From Octopus sinensis (taxonomy: Eukaryota): a DNA stretch of 64,000 nucleotides. The notes under the pieces are model-generated. The model searched no databases, was not told the origin of the DNA, and saw only the letters and a list, made by a program, of their open reading frames with translations. Made by a program: the position numbers and the translations under genes. The stretch lies in contig NC_043003.1 in assembly GCF_006345805.1 (NCBI RefSeq), positions 99,944,001 through 100,008,000 of the forward strand, written 5' to 3'. Positions 37,443 to 50,407 of the stretch are shown here, in pieces (position 1 is the stretch's first letter; every line of letters starts with the position of its first letter).

Positions 37443-37698
37443 CAAGGGCGTAGCTAGGGTAAATGGTGCCCAGGGTAAGCACCAAAATTGCACCCTCCTC
37501 CCACCAAAAACTGGGAACTCGTATAAAAAGGGCTTAATTAGAAAATGATATTGGCCAAAATTGCATCCCCACCAACCAAAAAGTGAGAACTCACATAGAA
37601 ATGACTTGATTAGAAAATGATCTTTGCCAAAATTGCGCCCCACTCAAAGTGGTGTCCAGGGCATGCGCCCTGCTAGACCCACCCTAGCTTCGCCCCTG
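37443..37698. mobile_element. hAT-type MITE (256 bp) with internal tandem subrepeats
   Basis: TIRs caagggcgtagctaggg / ccctagcttcgcccctg; 8-bp TSD accgtaat / gccgtaat; repeated ccaaaattgc...attagaaaatgat units. Confidence 0.8.
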
Positions 37699-38099
37699 GC
37701 CGTAATGAGTACATAATACTATACATTTCGATTAATATATATTTGATAAGTGCTAACGCACGAAGCTCTTGGCTCTCAGGTCACTCTGCTGTTTTCTGTA
37801 TCTACGACACTGATGCAAAGCTCTTGCCCGTAAAGATTATTCGTAAAATAGATAAGAGTTGAGAGAGTTCTCAGGTCGTTTTCGTTAGACACACCCTTCC
37901 GCTTTTCCCTGAGAGTTAGCTCCCCTGACCTTTGTGTGTGTATCGGGAGTGAAAACAAAGGGAAAATCAACAGTGACTTAAATTTCGGCTTACAAGTAGT
38001 CATCAATTTGATTAGGTACCCTACGAAAAAGTATTGAGTGATTCTTTAATTTAACGTTCAAACATTACACACGCATATACATACGCGCATATACAAGAC

Positions 38100-38320
38100 A
38101 TATGCGCACGCGCACATATTTCTCGGTGTTTCTCATGGAAGCGTCATGTCACTTCCCTTTCACTTCTTCCGGCAGCAGAAACAATTAATTGTTGCTGGTC
38201 AACTGTAATTGACAAAGTTCAATCAACTTGTGACCTTCTGATAGAATAATAAGAAATATTAAATGGGTTTTTATTTTCATCTCACCGAAGTAAAATTGTG
38301 AAAGACGGAAGAAATCTCGG
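38100..38320. promoter_or_regulatory. CpG-retaining promoter region with NRF1 and ETS motifs
   Basis: Exact NRF1 consensus TGCGCACGCGCA at 38103..38114; CTTCCGG at about 38167; CGGAAG at about 38307; 650-870 bp upstream of the RNF181 ATG. Confidence 0.55.
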
Positions 38321-38975
38321 ACGAAGAAATACATTAAAAAAAATATAGTTATTCGTTTGAAGTTGTCTTTACGCCATCCTGACATTTCAGTTAGTTCCAA
38401 GTAAAAGATCTGTGACAAAAATATTATAACTGTCTTAGAGATTTTGTAGTTGGAATATTATTGAAGGGCTGTAAGTTGCGTTGAGACTGTCCTTGTCCAC
38501 GTAGACATCAAGTTTGACCGTAATTAGGACATGACTCGTTGATATGTAAGTCATAAATATAGCATAACTACACTTTAGGATACCATTATGATTTGTTTCT
38601 TGATAATTTTTTTTATGATGTATATTTGTTAATGAAAATCTGTACAGAGATGTTTTTTTTATTTTGGGAGATACAGATGATGTTTTTGAAATTAAAATAA
38701 AGTTTTCACTTTACTCAGAAAGAATAGTTTCATAATTTTTTGAACCAGTTAATTTACTTATGGTAGTTGTGCAATATTACATACGTATGACATTATCCTA
38801 ATTTATATTATTCATTATAAAAAAAAAAAGAGAAATAAAGAAAATCTCCATACTATCTTTGGTTTTAAAAATTATAAAAATAGAACTTTTATTATCATCG
38901 TTTCCGCTCTGCACGTCTTTTACGGGCTCCTTTTTTTTTCTTTGACAGTCCCAAAAGTAGACGACCAAAGTAAAT

Positions 38976-39055
38976 ATGGCTTCGTATTTCGATGAACACG
39001 ACTGCGAACCTTTAGGAGAGGGACAAGCACCAAATCACACACTCTCATTAGCCAG
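38976..39055 (+). CDS. RNF181: RNF181 coding exon 1 ([27 protein letters not shown])
   Basis: Signature N-terminus; donor AG|GCAAGT (GC donor). Confidence 0.95.
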
Positions 39056-42000
39056 GCAAGTCTTGTTTATTTAATTAATCAGTTTGAACGTCCATGCAAA
39101 GTTGGTGAAGCACGGAGTGAAGTATGTAGTAAGCTGGTTAACATAGAGTTAATGGTTTTGAAAAACGAAAGTTGATTAATCGGAAGTAACGACAGTGACT
39201 TCTGATAATTTCTTGTAAACCAACTATGTAACATAATCAATGTATAGAATGTGAATCGACAAGAAAATGCGTCACCGCATCCCGTCGGGTCTTTCTGTAC
39301 AGGATAATTGCCATTGCTCTTCGTGTAGCTGTCTTGGCTATTGTGCGGGGCCTGAATTGCTTTTCGAGTGGTGTTCGTTTCTGGGTATGTTGGAACGGTA
39401 CACCTCAACTGCTATTTTTGAATTAAGATTTCACTAGAAAGTACTATTCAAGTAGATGCCAGTGAATGCGATGTAATGAGGGAGTTCATTAATAAAATTA
39501 AGGGATTTCATCAGTTCTGTTTATAAAATTATAGGGTGTTCCTGTCATCATTTCCGGTCAATTTACTTTCATTTTTTTGTAAACTCTTATACTGCCTTCT
39601 AACCAATAACTCTTCTGCAAAAGAATAAACTACAGTAAAACTTCAAAAACTAAAAGGAAAGAAAGACGATCAGATGTTTCTGTTAATTGTTTTTGTAGCC
39701 TTTTGATTGTAATGGAGGATCTTAACATTTATTATAGTCAGTGGTTCCTTGAAATCCAACCTTGGTATCTTTTTAAAGCCTGTTTTAAAAATATTCTCTC
39801 TCTCTCTCTGATCATGTTTAATAAGATACTAACTTTATTAAATGACTTTGATTGGAATATTCGTTCGCAATGCATTTGAGAAGATTCAAGCATTAATATG
39901 CTAATAACTGTTGTGTTTTGTCACTGGAAAACAACTCCTTTCAAACAAATATGTGTTCATAATACACATGATTCGAAGTTGCAAGGGAATGTTCAGTGTT
40001 TCAACATGGTTGTGTCTCATCTGCCAAAGGCAGCTCAGACTAATGAATCTAACAAAAGATGGTGGTTCTTGTTTATAATTTCAGCAAAGAAATTATTTGC
40101 TGATGCATACTGATATCTTCCAACCAATAATAAATAATCATGAGCACAATAAACAGTGAGAATCAAAACAATGACTTGCATATTTATTCTTCCTATGTTC
40201 TGGCATATACAGCATGCACCAGCAAATAATTTGTTTACTAAAGTTATAAATGAGTCACAATCTCTTGATATATTCATTTGTTTGAGTTGCATTTGGTTAA
40301 CAAGAGACAACGGTGTCAAAACACGGGGTGTTTTAACTAGGTAATTTGAGTCTTTTTTTTTTCTTTTTTTCAACAGGCTTTTATAATGAAATAATACAGA
40401 AATAATTTAATGATAGAGCTGAAATTAAGAATTAGTCTTTATTAAGCCAGTCAGTGTCACCACAACAATTAGAGGGTAGCTTTCTTATATGAACTAACCT
40501 TTGTTAATGAATCACTTCAAGTTAAACCTCAACTCCTTAATCTCATCAAATCGGTTTGTATCATTCTCTAATTCCTGCTGATAAGTTTGTCTCTTGATTA
40601 CTACTTATATTTCAATGCCATATCACTTGGTCTTTGAACTCTTTCAATAACTTCATCATGATTATTATCACTTTTAACATCCACTTTTCCATACTTGCGT
40701 TAATCAAATGGAGCTTACTAAGGCAGATTTTCTGTGGTCAACTGCCCTTCTTGTCACCAACCCTCACCTATTTCCAAGCAAGGTATTATTTCCTCTTGGT
40801 CAAGTGTGTTTTTTGCAGGCTATTGAAAATGAACGACACAGCTTCCTATGAGAATGGCACACGTTTACAATTACCATGCAATGTCATGACGAGGAAACAC
40901 AGATGCACATGCATAAACACACACACACACACACACAGATATATATGAAGGGCTTTCTGTCTACTAAATGAACTTACAAGGCCTTGGTCAACATGGGACT
41001 GTAGTGAAAGACACTTGCCCGAGGCGTCATGCAATATGGATGAACTGAAAACGATTTGGTTGGGAAGTAACTTCTTAACCACACATTCATACCCAAGAAA
41101 ATGTAGCACTACGTAAATGGTAGGATTAGCTGCTGGAAGTACGTTAGGAAGAATAGCGTTGTAATTTTCATTTCAAGAAAGTAGTAAGTTGTATTTGGAC
41201 TTCCATATCACTCCATTGCAAATCTCTATTTGTCCATTAACTGAAGAACAATATGTGTTGTTATAGAAGATCAGAAACAAAAAGTAATCAAATTTCTGTT
41301 GATGAAAATTGGATTCTTTGTTATATTAAAAAGTATCGAAGATGGAAAACAATTGTCATAACCAACAAATGACAGATGATTACACAAACTGACTGAAAAT
41401 ACAAGCAAAAAGTTCTATGTTAATCAATGATTGTTTGTAGATCACAGTTTCTAATAAATTTTGCAGCATCCTTTGTTTCAACAATGTCCATGTGAAGACA
41501 TTCAAAAACTCTGGATGCCTTTATAATGTGTCCCTCTGTTTCAGGTTTGAAAATTTGAGGGCTTGCATTCTTTATGAGTTATGCAAATTGAAACAACTGT
41601 GCACATCTATTGGTGAAAATGGTAAGTGGTGTACATGTTCCCAGATTCTGATTATACCAAAATGGCTTAATGAGTCATATAGAGATAATTTGCCTACATC
41701 ATTTGTTATTGCAGCTGTCTGAGAGAGTATCTGTTGGAACATTTTTAGTATCCTGACAGTAAATTACCTCACAATGAAGTTCTGATTGTTGGAGATTCCA
41801 TCAAATTATAATTTCATTTTAACTCCATCATTACCATAATTCTAATAAAGTACACTGCCTTTGTATTAATTAATTTTGAAAATGATGAAAAATTTATCAC
41901 TTAATTACTTTGTTGTTATTAAGCAAAAGTTTTTTTAACATAGCATGAACTTTTGATAGAAGATTTAGATTATTTTAAAATAGGAAGTTTCCATCACAGA

Positions 42001-45000
42001 ACCAGAGACATTTTCAGACAGACTGGTATCAAAAGGGTTAGTCCTAGATTTTTTGATTTGAGAAAAAATAGGTACTCTGACCTGTTGATTTGCCTTTATT
42101 ATTATATGAAATGATTAATAATGCGATGGAGAAATTCTCTTTTTTCAAAATATTCATTCTCAGAAAAGTCAATACTGTCCGTCACTATAAAGTCACAAGA
42201 TATTTCTGTATCATTGAGTTAAACTTTCATTGGAATTGATCCAACCATTTTTAGATTATAACCATTAAAAGTTAAGTGGTTGTGACAACTTAATTGGGTT
42301 ATTTTATTGAGAAGCAAATAAAAATGGGATAATTGAGCATGAGACCTCAGTATCCACTGTCATATCAATGTTTCTATCATAAATTATTTGTAAACTATTG
42401 AGATGTCTACTGGTTGTTAATTTAGTATTTGATTATAAATGTCATTATTATCTACCTGTTGATCCAGGATTAGTTGAAGCACAAACTATATTTGCCATTT
42501 ATTGTGACAGCTGCATAAACTAATTTTGAACCTGATTTGAGAAGCTATTTAGTCATCTAGGCTCTGACCTAACTCTGCTGATTTTGAACAGCAAACTTTA
42601 GTCCAGTATCTTGATTTACTGCAATTGATTAGTTACATTACAAGTAACATAGAATATAATGGGTTGAGGATGAAGATCACAGAATTAGCATGAGCTCAAT
42701 AAAAAGTGTTTAATTATAGTAGGATCCTATATATCTAATATTATCCCCATGTGCTTAGCATCTAAAACCTTACAAGATGAGTTCATGGAAATGTCTAGAT
42801 AATACAGAGTTTAGATTGGTGTAGATCTGGTTTGTATAGTAACAAGTGAAAGCAGCACACATGTTTCAATTTTATTAAATCTCAGTAAAACTAAGAGTAA
42901 TGTATGTATGTGTGCATGCATGCACGCACAAACACACACACACACACACAAACAAATTGGGAATGTAGTAACACTAATTATGAATACCAACAACTATATG
43001 GCTGAGGGAAAATGGCACAGGTAAGCTTTTTGCATACTAAGTACTAAATACAAATACATTTGGCTCTAACACATGTAATATAATGGTTTCTAATTTTGGC
43101 ACAATGCCAACAAATTTGTAAATATTCTAGTCTAAAAACAATCAGCAAAAGAATTATCTCCCTGATTTCTTTGTTTAGTGTGTCCTTTTCTTCTAAACCA
43201 GTGTTTCTCAACCTCATTCTGGCTGTGTCCCCCTTTAATTCAACACGAAATCGTTATGGCCCCCATGCTAATTTAAGTTTTTATCCCCACTCTGTCCCTC
43301 AACTTAATGCATCTAGAGAAGTAGAAAGAAATATTGAAAGTTTTAGTTTTGCATCCACCCCACTTGTAAATGAAAAAAATAGTTGAATAAATATTTCATT
43401 TAAATAAATTTATTTACATTTACAAAGCAAAAAATATAGCAATTTCAGTTTATATTGCCTGATTTCAATGGGATCCCTGTGACTGATGCAGGGTTGCCAA
43501 CTTGTTAATGTTTGGTTTCAAAACCATCGATGAGAGGTGTAAATCTCCTCTTCTTTCTACGTCAAGGCAATTTCAAGTCTTTGACAGCAGAGACATCACC
43601 CAACTGAAACCTGACTCAACTAAATATGATGTGGGAAAAGCAAGTAAAAGCAACCTAACGTTTTTCCAGGGTAATGGGTACTTTTTAGAGATCTCTTCAT
43701 TCAACCACAGCTTCTGGTATCCTCCGTACTTGAACCTTGCTAGAGCTGCTTGTGTTATTTTGAAGTTTAATGAAGCTTTCTTGTATGTCAGTATTGATTT
43801 CAGATGGATCAACAACGAAAGGATCCACATACCACTGTGGCACCATCATTTAGAGTAGATCAGAGAAGCGAATTTCCATATCATTATGTAACTGCTTTGA
43901 ATGATCAACATAAACTGTTAAGTCATCATCAAGCAGCTCGGTGGATATGCTTGCTAAGGAAGGAAGCTGTGTAAATTCCTGCCTTCCAAGATTCAACCAG
44001 AATAACTTTTGTTTCCCGTTGAAAGTTAGAATTTTCTCTTTGCAAGGAAACAGAGTGGAGTTATTTCCTTGAAGTTCTTTGTTAAGGACATTTAGCTTTT
44101 CAAGTATGTCAGACAAGTAATAAATATTATTCTTTACATCAACAAGTTTCTCTCCAAGTTCTCTTTCACTCAAAAAAGAGATATCAGTGTCCATAAGTGT
44201 AACAAAGAGATGCAGGCAATTGGATAGCCATCTGACTTCAGTAAGCAACACAAGTCATTCAAATTTCTTGCTGTTATTTTCATGTAATTGCTTAAAGAGG
44301 TAATCTTGCAGTGCATTCTTTTTTATCAAGTTGACAGCTTTAATAACATTTATAAGTGCATCATTCAAGCGTCTTACTATGTCTTTGGCAACCAGATGCT
44401 GTCGATGAACATACTGCACACAAAGCACATTTGGAACAGCTTTTTTAAGTAATCACTGAATCTCCAATATCTTCCGATCATAGCAGCTGCACCATCTGTT
44501 GCACAAACCACAATGTTCTTCAATGGAATGCAGTTCTCTTCAAAATAAGCTTCAAGTTTCTTGCAGATGAATTCCACTTCTGTGTTGGTCATTAATTTCA
44601 AAGCAAAAAGCAATTCTTGACATAAATCATTAATATTAAGAAATGTAACAAATGCCATTAAAAAAGCAGAATTACCAGGTAGAGTTGATTAATCTATTTG
44701 AAGTGAGAATTCATTAACCCTAAGTTTTGAAACTAATTGGCTTTCAACATCAGCTGCCATTTCACCAATCCGTCATGTTACTGATGAGTTGCTCAGAGGA
44801 ATAACACTTGTAACCTCTTGTGGATTCTGATCCATGACTGTTGAAAACACTACAGCCACTGCAGACATGATTAAAGATTCACCAATGGTATGAGGCTTAT
44901 GAGCTTTTGCAATTAAATTTGCTATCTGGTAAGAAGCCAACATCCCTTTGTGAACATTTGATCCACTGTCATCCTTCCTCGAAACTCATCACATAACTTT

Positions 45001-48000
45001 TTGAAGAAGTCTAGTGGCTGGTCTTTTATATCTCTATGTACAGTCTCCAGATGTTTTTTTAGTTTGCAGAGACGCATACTTTCATTTGAGAATGAAGTCT
45101 TGCATAGCAGACACATAGGCATGGTAGAATTTTGTGGAGATTTAATGGATCCATAAGCAAGATATTCAACAGAATATTGTCTACACATTTTTTTAGATGC
45201 ACTTGCCATGTTTATCTGAAATAATAAACAAATATTTTCAAAAAAGTTAAATAAACAAGAGGTTAGTTTCAAGTGTTTTTGTCAGGGGTGAATACTGAGT
45301 AAGGTAAACCAATATACGTTTTTAGCCAAGAATAAAATTAGATCTAAAACCAAGTTTATAAAGTTAATACATTACACAGTTAACTAAATCAAAGGCTATG
45401 ATAATCAGGAAAAACAGATTAATATTTATGCTTATAAAAAGATAAAAATAACAAGACAAAAATTCATCATTCCCTTTTCTGTTGACCATCCAGAAAGAAA
45501 ATTAATTTGCTGAAAAGAAACTAAATTATAAAAGAGATGGATAAAGCAAGTGAGTTGGTAAACTCATGGAGAAAATAGGGCTGATTTATTGTTGAATCAA
45601 ACTCAAATTGCCAAAAAGATTTAGCAAAGTATATTGAAAATGTTCTTTGTTTTAAAGAAAAATGATTTTATAATATATTTTGTTATATTCTATTAAACAT
45701 AGTTTAATATTAAATTTTACTCTAATTAAATCAAGTATATAATACTATTCAGTGACCAATTATTGAATTATTAAATTGATTCATAATTTAATAGTTGTAT
45801 AAAAATGCATATAAGAATGATTTTATCTAGTTTTCTAATGAATTGTTTGTTTGTTTTTGGGGTACCCTCGGCCTCTCACCTCCCTCTAGATTCCCCATCT
45901 TAGTTTGAATACTTCTCAAAGCTCTTATTAATTATAGGTTTTTTGAAAATAAGTCCTGTACTTATATGATAATTAAAGTAGCTCATAAAAACTTAGGTAA
46001 AATGAAGTAAAAAGAAGTGGGTACTTGCACACTAACGATGCAGAAAAATATAACTAAACAAGAAAGTATGGAATCATGAGCAGAAGTAGGATGAGATAAG
46101 CAGAGAGAGAGAGAGAGAGAAAGAAGTGGCATAATTTGACAAAGCAAAAAAGAAAACTGAATCTTGAACAGACTTGTGCATATGTTAACCAGTTAGCATC
46201 CACATTGTTAATTGGATGGATTTTCCATGTCGTCAATAATGTTGAAGTGGAGTTTTAATAACTGTGACTTTGCCTTCTGTGCTGTCCATTATATATGTAT
46301 GTTTTGCAGCTTTAAAATTTTGGAGCAATTTGGTATGATGCAATGATATGTAGCTGTTCATCTTAAAAACCAGACATACAACACTAAAAATCTAACAATC
46401 TAACATATGTTCTTTAGGTACATATATGAATGTAATTGAAAATTAGTACATAAGGATGGTCCATCATAATTATAAATGCATATACATGTGTTTCTTATAT
46501 GTATATTTGTAATATGCATTTTACAAATAAAAATACATACCTACATGTTAATATTTTGTGATTCCCAAATTTTCTGTGCTCCCCCACCCACCCATAACCC
46601 CCTGTAGCTCCCTATTTTTCAAACTTAGCTTTGTGGCCCCCAAGAAATGTTTCATGGTCCTCTAGGGGTCCATATGGCTCCCGTTGAGAAACCCTGTTCT
46701 AAATAAAGAAATCTCATCCAGTAATATCAGCTTAAGAGTATCACCTGTTACTTCATCAATTTTTAAGTCATTAACTCCTCCACTGATTAAGAATAAAATT
46801 AATGGGAATTTCAGGTGGTTTAACAACCTTACAATTTGTTGTCAAAATTGTTGTTTTAAGTGTTTTCAAAGCAAATCACTTTGCATAACAAACTATTTTA
46901 AATAAAGGGCTTTTAGAAATTTCCATGGTAACATGGATAATATTTACGAAGCAATTAAGGACTGCCATTACAGTTACACATTTTAGGCTTGTGAGTCACC
47001 CACTAACATTCAGTGGTTGACTGAACCCATTTACAGTAGTTTACAAATGTTATGTATCTGTTGAAAATAGAGATAAAACTATGAAATAAGTTTTATCTGA
47101 TTCCAAGTCATCCATGTCATGTTGCAGAAGCCGGATCAGTTTTAGATATCAACCAAAATAGAATGCAACAAGCTCTTCACATGAAAATGTTTCCCATATG
47201 CATTTGGTTGCCACCATTGGCAGCAGTTGTTTATGATACTGATGATGGTGGTGATGGTGACAATAACATAACCCCAGTTAGCTCTTCGTGGGTCACCTGA
47301 AAATTTAGAAATATTTCTAATATTTATTATGCCAAATTATACAGATGTGAAATATTTGATATGACTGTGTGATTGAACTCCAGCCCTTGGTCAATGTTCT
47401 AGTTGTGTCCAGCCCCTATTTATTGTTGGTTTTACGTTTGTTTTGTTGTATTTAACTGACTATCAAACGAAAGAACCATGCTGCACTCTCTGTCACAATT
47501 AAGTTGTTAGTTGTAGTGCAGGTGGAGACAGCCAAATAAACAATTGTTCTAATACATAAACTGCCATTATTACTACTACTACTACTAATAATAATAATAA
47601 TAATTAATTCTTTTTAATGGCTATAAGGGCTGACAAATATGATTGGAAAACATAAAGGGACAAAACAGGACGAAAGGTTACAAAAGGTTTTGTCCGTTTG
47701 TGAAAAAAAGAACGAGTAAAAAGCAGTTTAACAATCAAAAATTTTAACAACGAAAAACTCCCAATAGAGGAGACACTTCAAAAAAAAGAAAAGGTCTCAC
47801 GTGGAAAAACCCATAAAAGCCACGGGAGCCTGGTCAAAAGTGGAGTAGAGAGCCCCTTTCTCTTTTTATAATACCTTTTTCAATTACAGGCGAAACCTCA
47901 GAATTGGTTCATTTATACTGGCCATTCTTGCACAATTCACCCACCTTTCAGAAAACTTGCTATCAGACAGCACTCTCCTCTCTAACCTCATCTTCCTTTT

Positions 48001-50372
48001 CAAGTTAAAATTGAAAAAGTTGATGAGGCCTTGACCAAAGAGGAAAGTGTCTGACTTTAGCACTTTCAAATGGGTCCACCACACAACCTCTTTCACCACA
48101 GCCACTAGGCACAGGAAAACGGCCTTGCCTTCCTTGTTAAAGGAGGTCGGCGGGGCAATCTTCACTATGGATTCAGCTGATAGCTGGATCCGTCCCATAT
48201 GTGACAGTAGTTGTTCGACATAAACCCATAGTTCAGCAATACTTGGGCACTGGACTAGTGCGTGCAGAACAGTTTTATCGTCCTGGCAACACCTTGGGCA
48301 GGCCTGGCTAACAGCACTTCCGTGCCGGTAGAGTTTATCTCAAACGGGCAGAGCTCCTCGGTAACACTGCCAGGTGAGGGACCTTTGGAAATTATCCATT
48401 GGGCATTGGCCCCGGCCCGAAAGTTCTTCCAAACAGACCGCTCAGTTTGTTATCATCAACGCCTAGAGTTTCCTCGAGAACGTCGTCGCATTTTTCCTCC
48501 ACTAACCCTCTATAGAACACTAGAGTGGAACTAAAACCGATCGCATTGCCCGCTTGGCGGAGGGCGGAGAAAGCTTGACAGCACTCGAGGTGCCAAGCAC
48601 CCTTTCTCGGTCTACGTTTGATCCCGGTCTGCAGCTCTGTCAAAGAGACGAGCTGCGGAAAGTCGTGTCTAACAAAAGACGACCACACCTGTTCACCATC
48701 TAGGAAACGCTTGAGATGTCATAGCCTGAGCGCATGTCTGTGCATCAGTAACCACGGCATGCCAAGGCCTCCGTTCAGCGGTCGTTGACAGCAGATGGAT
48801 CGCCTGACTAGTGGTACCTGACCCTTCCGCAAAATGTCGAAGAGCAGACGTACCAGCTTGGCCAACCAGTGGTCAGGACAAGGGACGACAGTCAAGCGGT
48901 AATAGATGACGGATGCGATGTACGCATTCACCACCTCCGCTCAACCTTTCAGGGACAGCTTCCTCTCAGCCCATTTCTGGGTGAGATTGGCCACCCTGTT
49001 TGTCACTTCTTCCCAGTTTTTATCCACCTGGAGGTCTGGACCAAACCTGACCCCGAGCAGTTTAACGGGTCCGTCTGTCCAGCATCCTACGACGCTGTTG
49101 GACGGCATGGGCTTGCCTCTCCAGGTGCCCAGTTGCAAGCCCACAGACTTTTGCGCGTTAATCTTTGCCTCTGTCACCGTTTCATACTCGTTTAGCGTCT
49201 CACCAATCAGGTCAATGTGCCTGTGGCTCAACACTATCACGGTGACGTCATCGGCATAGGCAGACACGCTGTTTCCATCTCCTAGATCGCATGGGATACC
49301 CCTCGAGAGTCAATACGTACAAGAGGGAGGAGAGAGAGCATCCTTGGCGGACCGAACGTGAGATGTTAAACGTTTCCGAAAGGTGACCATTCACCCGTAT
49401 CACCGAGCAGATGTTGCTGTATAAAGCAGCGATCCACCTGCAAAAAACTGGACCAAAGCCAGCTGCCAGGTACCGATGGTCGACCCTATCGAAGGCTTTA
49501 CTCTGATCTAAATTGATCAAAGCCCCACCCGCGCCAGCGTCATTACCCACCCTCTCTATGATGTAGCGCATGAGATGGAGATTGTTGTGTATCGACCTGA
49601 TCGGCACGGCGCATGTCTGAGTCTTGCCAACCAGCTTGTCCATGACAAGCGCCAATCTCTTGGCTAGCACCTTGGCCAAAATCTTCAACTCTGCATTAAG
49701 CAGAGTGATGGGCCAAAAATTCCCTATAACGTCCCCCTTGTTTGAGTCCTTTCTCAGCAAAGCCACCACCCCTCGACAGACAAAAGCAGGAATTCTCCCG
49801 TTTTGCTGCCAGTTGCAGTAGACGTTTGCCAACAGGCCTGCAAACAAGTCTGGCATTGAAGTGTAAAGCTCGTAGGGCAGACCATCCAAACCCGGCGATC
49901 TACCTCTCGTGCAACTCTTCATTGCTTCCTCCACTTCCCAGGCAGATATCGGTCTTTCGCAGCACTCTACCTCGCTGTCTGAGAGTTGCGGTAGACTGTC
50001 CAGGTACACACCAAAGTCTGTACCATTGTCCGTTCCACCACTCGTCCCAAACAGCTGAGCAAAATGCCGCTGAAACACCGCACACATCTGCTTTGGTTCG
50101 GTAACCTCGCGCCTGTTCTGGTCCACCAAAGACCGAATGGTCGCTTTGTTGCCTCGCTTCACCTCTGCCATGCGGGCCCATCGAGCAGCCCTAGTCCCCT
50201 CCCCGCTTAGCGAACGTGCCTTAGCTCTGACAACACAGCCTTTGTGTTTGGCGTCAAAGTGTTGGTCGAGGGCCAACCTTGCCGCCAACTCGTCTCAAGA
50301 GCCTCGTCTAGTTTCTTAACTAAATCCCGCTCTCTCTTCCTATGTTCAATAGCTAGAGCCTTGCTAAACCTA

Positions 50373-50407
<35 letters not shown>

